Below, piece after piece: positions 46,921 through 58,109 of a stretch of DNA of 64,000 nucleotides. Location: assembly GCA_049968335.1 (NCBI GenBank), contig JBMFQZ010000006.1:78961-142960 (forward strand). The letters run 5' to 3'. Source of the DNA: Verrucomicrobiia bacterium. Lineage in GTDB: Bacteria; Verrucomicrobiota; Verrucomicrobiia; Limisphaerales; JAKPVM01. Each line of letters begins with the position of its first letter. Within the stretch, counting starts at the first letter, position 1. Under the pieces are notes generated by a model. It had not been told where the DNA came from. It was given only the letters and a program-made list of their open reading frames with translations, and searched no databases. The position numbers were made by a program, and so were the translations under genes.

Positions 46921-48342
46921 TCAATCTGCCACTTCTAATTTAATTATTCTGTCTGGATTATTCATAGCAAGATAGAGATTGCCGTCTGGAGCGGTCACTA
47001 CAGAGCGAATTCTGCCGATTCCTTTAAATAAGATTTCTGAATGCGCTACGCGATGTGCCTCAATTTCTAATCTCCATAATTCCTCTTTTGCCAGTGAGGC
47101 AACAAAGAGATTGTTTTTCCATTTTGGAAACCTGTAGCCTCTGTAAAAGCCGATGCCGCAAACCGCAATTGACGGCGTCCAGTAAAATACTGGTTGTTCA
47201 AGACCTTCTTTATGGGTTAAATGAGTGATTGGGGAACCGTCGTAATTCATTCCATAAGTAATAATAGGCCAGCCGTAATTTTTGCCTTTTTCAATTAAAT
47301 TAAGTTCATCGCCGCCGCGCGGCCCGTGTTCTGTCTCCCACAGTTCGCCGGTCAGCGGGTTAAAATCAAGACCTTGCGGATTTCTATGTCCGTAGCTCCA
47401 GATTGATGGTATTGCGTTAGGAACATTTACAAATGGATTGTCCGGGGGCACTCTGCCGTCATCAAACAGTCGATGCACTTTGCCGTTCGGTCTCGTTATG
47501 TCTTGCGCATGCTGCATAGTGCCGCGTTCGCCGATTGAAAAGAAAACGTGACCATTATTGTCAAACACGATCCGCGAACCAAAGTGAATTCCGCCGGGAC
47601 GGTAAAATTCTGGCGATGCTCTAAAAATTGTTTGTTCATCTGTCCATTTGCCATCTTTAATATGACCGCGAACAATTACAGTCAGTCCGACGTTGTTTCC
47701 AAGATTATTCGTCCCGCGTTCAGAATATGAGAGGTAGACCCAACGGTTTGTTCTATAACCTGGGTGAAGCGCAACATCCATTAGACCACCCTGCCCTTCG
47801 GCGCGAACTTTCGGGGTGTTTTCAACCGGCGCCGAGATATTACCGTTTTTGTCAACAATTCGCAGCCGTCCGGCAAGTTCAGTTACAAGCATTTTATTAT
47901 CTTCATCTGGAAGAAAGGCGATTGCCCACGGGGTGGCAATGCCCTCGCATACTGTCCTTATCCTAAAATTGTGTTTTTCACTCTTAACGACCTGCTCTGC
48001 GGCTGGTTTGGGCGGTGGAGATTTTTTTAAAGCGGCTTGTGTCTCTTTTTCCCTTATGTAGATAACCATAGCGCGTATTTCCGATTCGCTAAGGGCGTTT
48101 TTCATCGGCGGCATTCCCTCTTCTTCTTTCCCGTCGCGGATAATTTTTGCAATATCTTCATCGCTTGAGCCATATTTCCATTTTCCGTCTATCAGGCTTT
48201 CTCCGGCGCCTCCCTCAAGATTTGCTCCGTGACAGCTGGCGCAATTGTCGGCATAGACGCGGGCGATGTCGCGGGCGGAAGCGCTGGTTGCCAGCGCGGT
48301 TGCGCAAAGAACTATTGCTATGTTTGTTCTGTTGAGAATCAT
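46921..48342 (-). CDS. PQQ-dependent sugar dehydrogenase (beta-propeller) fused to an N-terminal cytochrome c domain
   Basis: It has a signal peptide, CASCHG plus a distal Met (GMPPM), and soluble glucose/sorbosone dehydrogenase-like strings ([32 protein letters not shown]). Confidence 0.8.
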   Translation of the reverse strand: MILNRTNIAIVLCATALATSASARDIARVYADNCASCHGANLEGGAGESLIDGKWKYGSSDEDIAKIIRDGKEEEGMPPMKNALSESEIRAMVIYIREKETQAALKKSPPPKPAAEQVVKSEKHNFRIRTVCEGIATPWAIAFLPDEDNKMLVTELAGRLRIVDKNGNISAPVENTPKVRAEGQGGLMDVALHPGYRTNRWVYLSYSERGTNNLGNNVGLTVIVRGHIKDGKWTDEQTIFRASPEFYRPGGIHFGSRIVFDNNGHVFFSIGERGTMQHAQDITRPNGKVHRLFDDGRVPPDNPFVNVPNAIPSIWSYGHRNPQGLDFNPLTGELWETEHGPRGGDELNLIEKGKNYGWPIITYGMNYDGSPITHLTHKEGLEQPVFYWTPSIAVCGIGFYRGYRFPKWKNNLFVASLAKEELWRLEIEAHRVAHSEILFKGIGRIRSVVTAPDGNLYLAMNNPDRIIKLEVAD

Positions 48343-48556
48343 AAATATATTTTATGTAGTATATTAGTAAATAAAATTGATAAAACATTACTTGTGGAGT
48401 TGAATTTGTCAAGTTGATGACTGCGGGATAAAGAGTTTAAGTTGAGTGTGCGCTTTTAAAGTGAAGTAAAGAAAACCTGAATGTTAGGTATTGAATTCAA
48501 GGATTGATTTTGTAATCCATAGATTTATAGTTATCAAAATAACCGATATTGATAAA

Positions 48557-49897
48557 ATGGGCTCAAATCAAATAATAATTAAATTGCTAGCCTTTGTTCT
48601 GTTCTTTTGTTTAACCCGATTTTATTCTGCGGCTGCAGACCTGCCTGAAATTGTTGAACGCGCAAAGCCTTCAATTGTGGTTGTTTATGCTTGCGCAAAG
48701 GATGGAAAAACCGTCGGTCAGGGGACTGGATTTTTCATAAATTACGATGGTGAAATAGTTACCTGCCGTCACGTGGTTGCAAACGCCGAGCGGGTTATGG
48801 TTAAGACATCAAGAGGCAGAATTTACGGCGCAACGCAAATTGTGGCGGAAGATGTTGCCGGGGATATTGCGCGGCTTACAGTCAGGATTCCTTCAAGCGA
48901 GGCAAAACCTCTGCCGTTGAGCAGTGTTCAACCAAGGGAGGGGGAGAGAATAATTGTGATTGGAAATCCGCTCGGGCTTGAATTAACAGTCTCTGACGGC
49001 ATAGTTTCAGCCATTCGGAACACGGACGCAGGGAAGACGATACAGTTAACCGCTCCAATATCTCCGGGTTCCAGCGGAAGCCCTGTTCTGAATATGAGAG
49101 GCGAGGTTGTTGCCATTGTTAACGGCGGAAAGGCAGAGGGACAAAATCTTAATTTCGCGATACCCGCAGAAAGAATTGCCAGACTTACAAGGATTAAAGG
49201 CAAAATATTTGATCAACAAGTAACCATTATGCCGTCCCCGCAGAAACCGCCGTCTGAAAACCCGTTAGCAAAAGGTCTTAACTATCTGGAGAAAGATGAT
49301 TACGGAACGGCGCTCCCGTTCTTTGAAGAAGCGGCAAGGCTAAATCCCAATAATGCAGCCGCCCACTTTTATATTGGAATATGCAAACTGGCGAGCGGCG
49401 AACCAGAAGAGGCGATTAAATCGTTTAATTCCACAATCCGTTTAAATCCTAATTACGTCGCGGCATATTACGGAATTGGAATAGCATACGACGGGTTAAA
49501 AAATTATTCCGATGCGGTTGAATATTATAAAAAGGCAATTCAACTAAACCCGAATTTTTCAGAGGCGTATAACAATATCGGGATCAGTTATTCGTATTTA
49601 GGAAAGTATTCTGACGCGGTTGAGTGTTTCAAAAAGGCTGTTAGTCTCTCGCCAGAAAGCGCGGAGCCGATTAACAACATCGGAGTTTTTCAAGCAAAAT
49701 CAAACCGGTATAAAGAGGCGATTGAATCTTTTAAACAGGCGGTGCAAATTGACCCCGATTTTGCAGACGCCCACTACAACCTCGGCTGCGCCTATCGTCT
49801 GAACGGCGACAAAACATCCGCGCTTGAAGAATATAAAATCTTAAAAGAATTAGACCGCCGCCTTGCTGAAAAATTATTTGAATTGGTTTATAAATAA
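48557..49897 (+). CDS. Trypsin-like serine protease (S1C-type) fused to TPR repeats
   Basis: VTCRHV supplies the His, GDIARL the Asp and TAPISPGSSGSPVLN the Ser. Five or more TPR units follow (AHFYIGICK, AYYGIGIAY, AYNNIGISY ...). Confidence 0.8.
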   Translation: MGSNQIIIKLLAFVLFFCLTRFYSAAADLPEIVERAKPSIVVVYACAKDGKTVGQGTGFFINYDGEIVTCRHVVANAERVMVKTSRGRIYGATQIVAEDVAGDIARLTVRIPSSEAKPLPLSSVQPREGERIIVIGNPLGLELTVSDGIVSAIRNTDAGKTIQLTAPISPGSSGSPVLNMRGEVVAIVNGGKAEGQNLNFAIPAERIARLTRIKGKIFDQQVTIMPSPQKPPSENPLAKGLNYLEKDDYGTALPFFEEAARLNPNNAAAHFYIGICKLASGEPEEAIKSFNSTIRLNPNYVAAYYGIGIAYDGLKNYSDAVEYYKKAIQLNPNFSEAYNNIGISYSYLGKYSDAVECFKKAVSLSPESAEPINNIGVFQAKSNRYKEAIESFKQAVQIDPDFADAHYNLGCAYRLNGDKTSALEEYKILKELDRRLAEKLFELVYK

Positions 49898-50464
49898 AGA
49901 CATTAGGAAGCGGAGATCGAGTCTGTTTTCAGACAAGATTAAATTTTACGGAATATTTTTTGATGGACGACATTATGGGAAAAATTTCGTGAACATTGTT
50001 TCTTTCTGGCGATTTAAAATAAACAATTTGAATATAATAGATGGGGTTATAAAAGCGCGCAGGACTCAGCCGCTATATTTGGAATGACTGAAAGGGAAAA
50101 ATATCCGGCATTTTATGATGAGGATAATATATAAAATACATAAGCATACCTTATTATTATAAAATGAATGACTTATAAGTAATATTTATAATATCAATTA
50201 GATATAGTCCTTTATGAATTGATACTTTATTTTTTAAAATTCTGGTTTTTTCAAAGCATTTTTGAACTCTGCAATATGATATACGGGGTGGGTTATAAGT
50301 TTTTTTGACAAAATTTGTAAAGAGAAAGGCAATATATGGTTATGATTATATAAATAAATGATTGACCATTATAATGGAAATAAAATAAGATTTACTTGTC
50401 TTAAATAACAGAAGCCGTTCCCGGTTGCGGCTTTTAACTGAAAATTAAACAAAAAAAATTAAAT

Positions 50465-52156
50465 ATGAAAGCGACCATAATTAACAGATTAGCCCGGCAA
50501 GGCGCAAGGTTATCAGTGGCAATTTGCGCGCTGACGACCGTAAGTTTGTTGCAGGCGGGTCCGATTGCTACGAATCCCCCTGGTTTTAAAATTATTAAAC
50601 CTCACACTGGCGGTTTGAGCCCGAAAGTTGATATTGGCTCGGTGACGCGTCAGGGGACGAATCTAATTCTTGAGATTGGCGGCTTGCGCGGACCATACGG
50701 TGTTGAGCGGCAGCCTGCTATAGGTCAACCCTGGGCAGATATGGGGCTTTCAATTGATGCGACGACACTGACCGTGCCAATGGTTGGAGATATGGGGTTG
50801 CTGCGGGTGCGCGGTCAATCTTATAATTATGTTGGCTCAACAGTATGTTCAATGTGCCACTCTTCTGTTCATCAACAATGGACAAATACGGCGCATGCCA
50901 AAGCATATCAAACCTTAAAAAATATCGGGATGAATAACAACGCTGCCTGTCTTCCCTGTCATACAGTCGGATTTGGTTCAGGCGGGTTTGTTAATGAGTC
51001 AACTACTCCTCAACTTGCAGGTGTGCAGTGCGAAAACTGTCACGGTCCGGGAGGACAACATTTAACAAATCCGTTTATGATTAAGCCAATCATTACTCAA
51101 TCCGGGATGATGTGCGGCGGCTGCCACACGGATGCTCATCACCCGACTTATGATGAATGGTCAGAATCTCTCCATTCAAGAGTGGATTCGCACGTTGCTG
51201 ATTATTTCAAATCATCAAGCGGGGAAGCCAGAATGTGGTCTTGCGGTATTTGCCATTCTGGCGCTGTCCGCGATGCCCTTATTAAACAGCTCAGCGTTAC
51301 AAACGGAACTGTTGTTTTGCCGAGCGGTGAAGATGCTGCGAATACCGGTGTTACCTGCGTAACCTGCCACGATTCGCACGAGGTTACAGCAAACGACCCG
51401 CAGCTCAGATACCCGCTCTATTCAACGAATTATTACAATTTTCTCGCTCCGACAAATATCACGACATTCGCCAGCCGATATGATCCGAATGTAAACCTCT
51501 GCGGACAATGCCACAACCTCCGCGGCGGGGCATGGACAGATACAAGCCGTCCACCGCATCATTCTCCGCAATATAATATGTTGACTGGCACTGGCGGCTA
51601 TCCAAACATTGCTGATAACTCGCAGACGATCGCAACGCACGGTCTTGCTATTGAAAAACAATGCGCGCACTGCCACGTCTATTCAGTTTCTGTGGGAAGC
51701 CCGACTGAGGCAAACCCGAACTACACCGGTCACAAATTTGAGGTGCGGTTTGAGGCTTGCGAGGAATGCCATGGCAGCGCTGAAGTTGGGGAACTCCTTG
51801 CAGAAGGGACACAGACTGTAATCTCTAACAAGATTCAGGAAGTTGTCGCGCTACTAAGAAACTGGGGTGTAAGCAATGCTCCGTCTGCTTTGAGAATTAA
51901 GAGCGGTCCGCTTGCGTGGGAATATTCAACAGTTGGACAACTCTCCACCGACCTTGCGGCAACGATTACAAACAAGCCGCCATCCTCTGCTGAACAGGCT
52001 CAGATTCCGGCGGCGATTAAGCAAGCCAGATACAACCTCTATATTGTTGAACACGATGGTTCAAAAGGCGTTCACAATGGGAAATACGCGCGCTATCTTT
52101 TGAATGTGGCTAAGACGAACGTGCTTGCTGAACTTGCAAAACCGCCCTTACCGTAA
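50465..52156 (+). CDS. Secreted multihaem cytochrome c (nine CXXCH motifs)
   Basis: The nine motifs are CSMCH, CLPCH, CENCH, CGGCH, CGICH, CVTCH, CGQCH, CAHCH and CEECH. A signal peptide is present. Confidence 0.85.
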   Translation: MKATIINRLARQGARLSVAICALTTVSLLQAGPIATNPPGFKIIKPHTGGLSPKVDIGSVTRQGTNLILEIGGLRGPYGVERQPAIGQPWADMGLSIDATTLTVPMVGDMGLLRVRGQSYNYVGSTVCSMCHSSVHQQWTNTAHAKAYQTLKNIGMNNNAACLPCHTVGFGSGGFVNESTTPQLAGVQCENCHGPGGQHLTNPFMIKPIITQSGMMCGGCHTDAHHPTYDEWSESLHSRVDSHVADYFKSSSGEARMWSCGICHSGAVRDALIKQLSVTNGTVVLPSGEDAANTGVTCVTCHDSHEVTANDPQLRYPLYSTNYYNFLAPTNITTFASRYDPNVNLCGQCHNLRGGAWTDTSRPPHHSPQYNMLTGTGGYPNIADNSQTIATHGLAIEKQCAHCHVYSVSVGSPTEANPNYTGHKFEVRFEACEECHGSAEVGELLAEGTQTVISNKIQEVVALLRNWGVSNAPSALRIKSGPLAWEYSTVGQLSTDLAATITNKPPSSAEQAQIPAAIKQARYNLYIVEHDGSKGVHNGKYARYLLNVAKTNVLAELAKPPLP

Positions 52157-52230
52157 CACAACACACGGCAATAATGCCGCGGGACCTGGGGGAAGAAAGT
52201 TAGGAAAGTATAGTTAAATCGGGTGTAGTT

Positions 52231-52268
52231 AAAAAAGGGCTGCGGGAAAACCGCAGCCCTTTTCATTT
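52231..52268. terminator. Bidirectional rho-independent terminator
   Basis: AAAAAA-GGGCTGCGG-gaaaa-CCGCAGCCC-TTTTCATTT lies between the converging cytochrome and helicase genes. Confidence 0.8.
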
Positions 52269-52442
52269 ATAGATGAATCGTCAGCATACAGGTTGCAGGG
52301 CAGATTGCGCTGTGATTGGAAAATGGGAATAGATTTCGTTAACTGCGCTAACGCCGCAAGGTGGTTTAACATAATGGACGGATGGGATATTTCTTCAAGT
52401 ATCTTATTGCGGCGCGAGGTTAATTATCAGAATCAATTGAAC

Positions 52443-54620
52443 TTAAATCGTAATTACCTGACATTTCGGGATTGAATTTAGAAAGTAACGCCCGTATTGC
52501 TTGTTCAGAATCCGATTATCCAGAATTACAACGATCCCTTTATCTGTCTTTGTCCGTATGAGTCTTCCGAAGCCCTGACGAAATTTTAGCACTGCTTCCG
52601 GCAACGAGTATTCAAGAAACGAGTTTCCGCCGCTTGCTTCAATGGCTTCGATCCGCGCCTCAATCAATGGGTGGTCGGGAACGGCGAATGGCAAACGGGT
52701 TATAATTACGTTTGAGAGCGATTCTCCCGGCACATCAACCCCTTGCCAGAAACTGTCTGTTCCGAATAGGACTGAATTGATATCCTTTTTGAATTTTTCA
52801 AGCATAGTTGAGCGCGGGGTGCCGGTGCCTTGAACGAAACATTCAATTCCGATTCTGTCAAAAAACGGCTCAAGCATTCCTGCTACTTCTTGCATCAGGC
52901 GAGTGTTGGTAAAGAGCACGAATGCCTTGCCGTGAGTCATTTCAATAAAATGCTCAATCCAGTGGGCAAGCGCATGGCGATACTGCTGGTCGCGCGGGTC
53001 TGGCATTTTGCTGACAATATAGACCTTTACCTGTTTTTCATAATTGAACGGAGAGCCGAGTTGTTTTAACAGCGCGTCTTCGCCTCCAACGCGCCGCGCA
53101 AAATAAGCCAGCGGATTTTCCCGGCTATAGATGCTCAACTCATCATCAAGAATTCTTCGGGTCCGCAGTTGTTTTTGTTCCTCTGCTGGTTCATCCCTCA
53201 ACGCCCTCATTGCAAGGGTTGCGCTTGTCATAATCACCGATGTGCCGGAATTAAAAAACCGTTGTCTTAAAAACTCCGATACATCGGCTGGCGCGGCATT
53301 TATGGCTAATATTTTTTGAGCCTTGCCGCTTCGTTCAACCCAATAAACGTGGTCTGGCAACTGCTGGTTTAAAAAAACCGCTATTCCTTCCCTTAACTCG
53401 GTGAGCCTGCGATTGCACTCGGTCAACTCCTCATTGATAATCGTGTCGTCGCATGATTTTATTAAATTTGTAATCTCCGAGCGCAGCCGTTGAATCTTTC
53501 CAGTAATTGTATCGGGGACGATATCCGCCTGTCTTATTCGCACCTCGCTCCAGTCCTGCGGTCTTGATGAATTTTCCGCTCCATTTGCGACAGAAGATTT
53601 TCCGGAAACAGACCGCGCCCGTTCTTTTGCGATTTGATCAGCCTTCTCTTCAATTGCCTCAAAAAACTCATCACCGGCTTTTAACAACTCTGCAACGAGC
53701 GGAACTGCACCTCCTTTTCGCAAGGTTGCAAGAAGCCCCTTTTCGGTTCGCGGATTCCATAACCTCTGCAGCACCCATTTTAACTGCGAGTTTGAAACGC
53801 TGACCCCGATATGTTTGGAAGCCACATTTTCAATCGTATGCGCCTCATCAACTATTAGAAAATCGTTCTTGAACAATATCCCCGCCTTCTCATCATTTTC
53901 ATCATCCTCGCCCATTAGCAGAAAAAGCAGGGTATGGTTCATAATCAAGACATCGGCAGAAAGAAATCGCTGACGCGCCTGCTGGAAGAAACAGACGCCA
54001 TATTTTTTCCCGAACTCGCTTTGCGGTCCGCAATATTTCGGCGAGCAGATTCCGCGTTCGGAGCAGACCTGAGCCCATACTTTTGGGTCGGGCTCAATAT
54101 CAAAATCGGATAAACTGCCGTCGGTTGTCTGTTTTGACCATTCGTAAATCCGTTCCAATTCCTGCAACTCCGGGGATGTAAATAGATTTTTTGCCTGTTC
54201 TAAGGCTTTGTGCAGCCTGTGCGTGCAGAGGTAATTTGCCCTTCCTTTTAAAATTGCGTATTTAAAATTCACGGGCAAAACCATCTCAAGCAACGGCAAA
54301 TCTTTTTCAAACAACTGTTCCTGAAGATTTATAGTGTGTGTGGAGATAACGGCTTTTTTGCCGTTTTTAACTGCGTATAAAATCGCCGGGACAAGATAAG
54401 CCAGACTTTTGCCCACGCCCGTGCCTGCTTCAACGATCAGGTGCTCTCTCCGTTCAAGGGCGCGCGCAACGGCAATTGCCATCTCCTGCTGTTGCGGGCG
54501 ATATTCAAAATTTTTCGCTTTAGAAAGCAAGCCGGTCTCGGAAAAAATTGACCTGACCTCTCCTACTAGGTCAAACGTCCCGTTTCCATTAGAAACCCTA
54601 TATTCAATCTCATCAATCAT
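52443..54620 (-). CDS. dinG: ATP-dependent DNA helicase, DinG/XPD family
   Basis: It has Walker A EAGTGVGKSLAYLVPA, DEAH (LIVDEAHTIE) and a Cys cluster (C..., CSERGICSPKYC, ...VCFF) for Fe-S. The C-terminal helicase motifs include ILDNRI. Confidence 0.85.
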   Translation of the reverse strand: MIDEIEYRVSNGNGTFDLVGEVRSIFSETGLLSKAKNFEYRPQQQEMAIAVARALERREHLIVEAGTGVGKSLAYLVPAILYAVKNGKKAVISTHTINLQEQLFEKDLPLLEMVLPVNFKYAILKGRANYLCTHRLHKALEQAKNLFTSPELQELERIYEWSKQTTDGSLSDFDIEPDPKVWAQVCSERGICSPKYCGPQSEFGKKYGVCFFQQARQRFLSADVLIMNHTLLFLLMGEDDENDEKAGILFKNDFLIVDEAHTIENVASKHIGVSVSNSQLKWVLQRLWNPRTEKGLLATLRKGGAVPLVAELLKAGDEFFEAIEEKADQIAKERARSVSGKSSVANGAENSSRPQDWSEVRIRQADIVPDTITGKIQRLRSEITNLIKSCDDTIINEELTECNRRLTELREGIAVFLNQQLPDHVYWVERSGKAQKILAINAAPADVSEFLRQRFFNSGTSVIMTSATLAMRALRDEPAEEQKQLRTRRILDDELSIYSRENPLAYFARRVGGEDALLKQLGSPFNYEKQVKVYIVSKMPDPRDQQYRHALAHWIEHFIEMTHGKAFVLFTNTRLMQEVAGMLEPFFDRIGIECFVQGTGTPRSTMLEKFKKDINSVLFGTDSFWQGVDVPGESLSNVIITRLPFAVPDHPLIEARIEAIEASGGNSFLEYSLPEAVLKFRQGFGRLIRTKTDKGIVVILDNRILNKQYGRYFLNSIPKCQVITI

Positions 54621-54698
54621 TCAAAAATCCAATTGAAAACTATTATACCACATAATAAAAAGATTAATAAAACCAGATTTTGAGGCTAAACATTTTTA

Positions 54699-54916
54699 TG
54701 AATCATTAGCATTGGACTTGGTATTTGATTTTAATACCGATTAAAATACAACGTTGTTTAACCGTACGAATCCAATGGTCTAAAATCAATCTTGCTCAAC
54801 CCCATTGGGGGTGAGTGATGGTTGGTCTTTCAAGTCCACCCACTTCGTAGGTGGCTACTAATATTAGGCCCCTTCGGGGTCTCTTCCAACCAGTGAGTTG
54901 TTGATTATAAAATAAT
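54699..54916 (+). repeat. Intergenic repeat family B, copy 2
   Basis: It is collinear with 34288-34511 and contains CCACCCACTTCGTAGGTGG and GGCCCCTTCGGGGTC hairpins. Confidence 0.8.
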
Positions 54917-55043
54917 CTCACTAATTTAATTTCATCCGAAAATTATAATTTCCTGAAGTGTTTATGATTTTCTAACTTATTCAGTGTTACCGATAAAATT
55001 TGAATAATATTCACCAGCCCTGCGTCAATTTAGTTTAACACCT

Positions 55044-56363
55044 ATGAAAAGAGATTATAAGATGATTAACCGGCGAAGTTTTGTTAAGGCAATTTCAACA
55101 GCCGCCGCGATACCGTTTGTTCTGCCGTCAAAAATCTGGGGCGCCAATGTTAAACCCAACGACAAAATAACAATGGGCTTTATCGGTGTTGGCACACAGG
55201 GGCGATATCTGCTGGGCGGATTTTTAAACGATAATGAAGTTCAGGTTGTCGCAGTATGCGATGTTGATACAACCCGCCGCGAGTTTAGCAAAAAAACAGT
55301 CGAAGAGTTTTATTCTAAAAAGAACGACCAGAATTATAAAGGTTGCGACGCCTACAACGATTTTCGGGAGTTGTTAAAACGAAAAGATATTGACGCGGTT
55401 TGCATAGCAACGCCCGACCACTGGCATGCAATTCCGGCGATTATGGCTTGCAAGGAAGGGAAAGATATATACTGTGAGAAACCGCTTTCGCTCACTATTG
55501 GCGAGGCGCGCGCGATGGCGAACGCCGTTAGAAAATATAACCGCGTTTTTCAAACCGGCAGTATGCAACGCTCGTCCAGAGAGTTTTTAAAAGCCTGCGA
55601 ACTGGTGCGCAACGGCAGAATCGGCGAGGTCAAAGAGGTCTATGTCTCGGTGGGCGGACCGAGCAAATGGTGCGATTTGCCGGAAGAGCCGATGGAGCCC
55701 GGGCTTGACTGGAATATGTGGCTTGGTGAGGCGCCGATGCGACCTTATAATTCGGTATTGAGCCCGCGCGGTGTTCATAAACATTTTCCAAACTGGCGAA
55801 GCTACCGCGAATATTCAGGCGGCGGAATGACAGATTGGGGCGCCCACCACTTTGACATAGCGCAATGGGGTTTAGGTATGGATGAAAGCGGTCCGACCGA
55901 AATTATCCCGCCCGATGGCAAAGAGATTAAGAGACTCACTTATAAATACGCAAACGGAGTGGTTATGTATCACGGCGGACTGCAGGGCTACAACTATGGA
56001 GTTGTCTTTGTTGGAACAAAAGGGAAAATCTGCGTTGACAGAGGCAGGTTTTTAGCCGAGCCGGAAGAAATTGCGGCAGATTACAAAGTCGGTTCTGATG
56101 CGATCAAACTCTACCAGAGCGGCAATCATCTTAAAGACTTTCTCAAATGTGTTCGGTCGCGGCAGCGCCCGATTTGCGATGTGGAAATCGGTTGCCGTTC
56201 GGTAACAGTATGTCATCTTGGCAATCTTGCCTACTGGTATAAACGACCGCTCAAATGGGACCCGTCAAAAGAACGATTTATTGGAGACAACGAGGCAAAC
56301 ACCTGGATTGACAGGGAAAAACGCGCCCCCTGGGATTCGGTTTATAAACAACTTTTGGGATAA
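55044..56363 (+). CDS. Gfo/Idh/MocA-family oxidoreductase with a Tat-type signal
   Basis: It has NRRSFVKAISTAAAIPF, a Rossmann motif GFIGVGTQGR and the family core EKPL. Confidence 0.85.
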   Translation: MKRDYKMINRRSFVKAISTAAAIPFVLPSKIWGANVKPNDKITMGFIGVGTQGRYLLGGFLNDNEVQVVAVCDVDTTRREFSKKTVEEFYSKKNDQNYKGCDAYNDFRELLKRKDIDAVCIATPDHWHAIPAIMACKEGKDIYCEKPLSLTIGEARAMANAVRKYNRVFQTGSMQRSSREFLKACELVRNGRIGEVKEVYVSVGGPSKWCDLPEEPMEPGLDWNMWLGEAPMRPYNSVLSPRGVHKHFPNWRSYREYSGGGMTDWGAHHFDIAQWGLGMDESGPTEIIPPDGKEIKRLTYKYANGVVMYHGGLQGYNYGVVFVGTKGKICVDRGRFLAEPEEIAADYKVGSDAIKLYQSGNHLKDFLKCVRSRQRPICDVEIGCRSVTVCHLGNLAYWYKRPLKWDPSKERFIGDNEANTWIDREKRAPWDSVYKQLLG

Positions 56364-56706
56364 ACTTCCGCCGAGCAATATACATTAATTGACATAATTC
56401 AACTTTTTTAAAACAGTCGTTATTTTGCGACTGACGCAATAAATTTCTATTTAAGAATGGCTTGTTTTTCTGTTGCTTAGTCTAAAAATCTTTATAGCAA
56501 AAGCCTGTTAAATTGAAAAAACAGACAGGTCTGCTGGGGTTTATTTATGCTTTCAAAAGTAGGCTTAATCGTATTGCCTTCGTATTTTTTCTGATTACGT
56601 GATTATCAATTAAGGAGCATAATCGATAATTTGTAATAAAATTTCCCGAGATTTTAACATTTCAGTCAAAATTTCGTAACAATTGAAAATTAAATTGTGA
56701 CCAGAT

Positions 56707-58065
56707 ATGAAAACTAAAATATATAAAAATCTGGTCGCAAAAATTGAAATGGTATTTGTTGCAACTGTATTTTCAGTTGCGATTAACCACAATATCAACG
56801 CCCAATCGGTAGACTCTCTTCTGGACAAACTGGTTCAAAAGGGGATATTGACCGTAAATGAGGCTAATGAACTAAAGGAGGAATCCGATAAGGATTTCAG
56901 GTCTGCTTACGCGGCAAAGACCGGTCTCTCCGAATGGGTCAATTCATTCAAAATAGGCGGTGATATAAGAGGACGATATGAAGGTTTTTACGGAGACAAT
57001 CCGGCTTTTGTCCAGCGAGACCGTTTTAGATATCGGGCGCGCATATTGTTTCAGGCTCAGATGTTGAATAATTTTGAAGCCGGCTTGAGGCTAACCAGCG
57101 GTGAACCTGTCGGCAGTTTTGGTGGAGACCCAATTTCTGGCAATACCACATTCAGAGACAACGCGGCTAAGAAGTTTCTATATGTTGACCTTGCCTATTT
57201 TAAGTGGAACGCAATTAATTCAGGCGACTGGCAGCTGGCAACCACAATCGGAAAAATGGAAAATCCGTTTGCATTTTCAGATATGGTATTTGACGGGGAC
57301 TGGACGCCGGAAGGTTTTGGTTTAAGTCTTCAATATAAGCCAATGGAGAAGCACGCATTAAAATTGAATGCCGGTGTGTTTGTCCTTGATGAACTTTCTG
57401 TGTCCACTCAAGACCCGATGATGAGCGGTGTTCAATTGCTATGGAGCGCAAAGTGGAATGAGAAAATAGATTCAACTCTTGGCATAGGATTTCTATCTAT
57501 AAATAATGATGACAAACTTAATGATAATACCGAAATACCAAATGTTAATCGGGGTAATTACAGGGCGGGTGGATTAACAAGATACGGGTTTAACCCGATA
57601 ATCGCTAACGGTTCGCTGTCATATAAACTTGACAAGTTTCCTTACTACAGCGGCGCTTTCCCAATAACCGTGTGGGGAGAATATGTAAATAACCCGGCAG
57701 CGCCTTCAAGCGCTGATAATTACGGATGGTCAGCCGGAGTAACCTTTGGCAAAGCTAGCAAACGAAACACGTATGAACTCAGTTATACCTACAAATGGCT
57801 CGGCGCGAATGCATGGTGGGAAGAGGTTGTTGATTCGGATTTTGGAGCCTATTACGCGGGAACTTCGTTATCTAATCCCTCTGGAACGGGTTACTACTCA
57901 GGCACTAATATAAAAGGTCATATAGTCAAATTCGGATATTCGCCTACGGATTTTCTCGCTCTTTCGGCAAAGGTCTTTTTCACCGATTTAATAGACCAGC
58001 CTGTAGTGGCAAATCCTAAGAGCGGGATGACGAGGTTACAAATTGATATGTCTTTGAAATTCTGA
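56707..58065 (+). CDS. Outer-membrane porin, probably phosphate-selective (leads the pst cluster)
   Basis: It has a signal peptide, an N-terminal helical plug (LLDKLVQKGILTVNEANELKEE), beta-strand periodicity and a terminal ...MSLKF. Confidence 0.65.
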   Translation: MKTKIYKNLVAKIEMVFVATVFSVAINHNINAQSVDSLLDKLVQKGILTVNEANELKEESDKDFRSAYAAKTGLSEWVNSFKIGGDIRGRYEGFYGDNPAFVQRDRFRYRARILFQAQMLNNFEAGLRLTSGEPVGSFGGDPISGNTTFRDNAAKKFLYVDLAYFKWNAINSGDWQLATTIGKMENPFAFSDMVFDGDWTPEGFGLSLQYKPMEKHALKLNAGVFVLDELSVSTQDPMMSGVQLLWSAKWNEKIDSTLGIGFLSINNDDKLNDNTEIPNVNRGNYRAGGLTRYGFNPIIANGSLSYKLDKFPYYSGAFPITVWGEYVNNPAAPSSADNYGWSAGVTFGKASKRNTYELSYTYKWLGANAWWEEVVDSDFGAYYAGTSLSNPSGTGYYSGTNIKGHIVKFGYSPTDFLALSAKVFFTDLIDQPVVANPKSGMTRLQIDMSLKF

Positions 58066-58109
58066 AGAACAGATAAACCGTAGTTAATCAAAAAACAAAG
58101 GAGAGAGAT

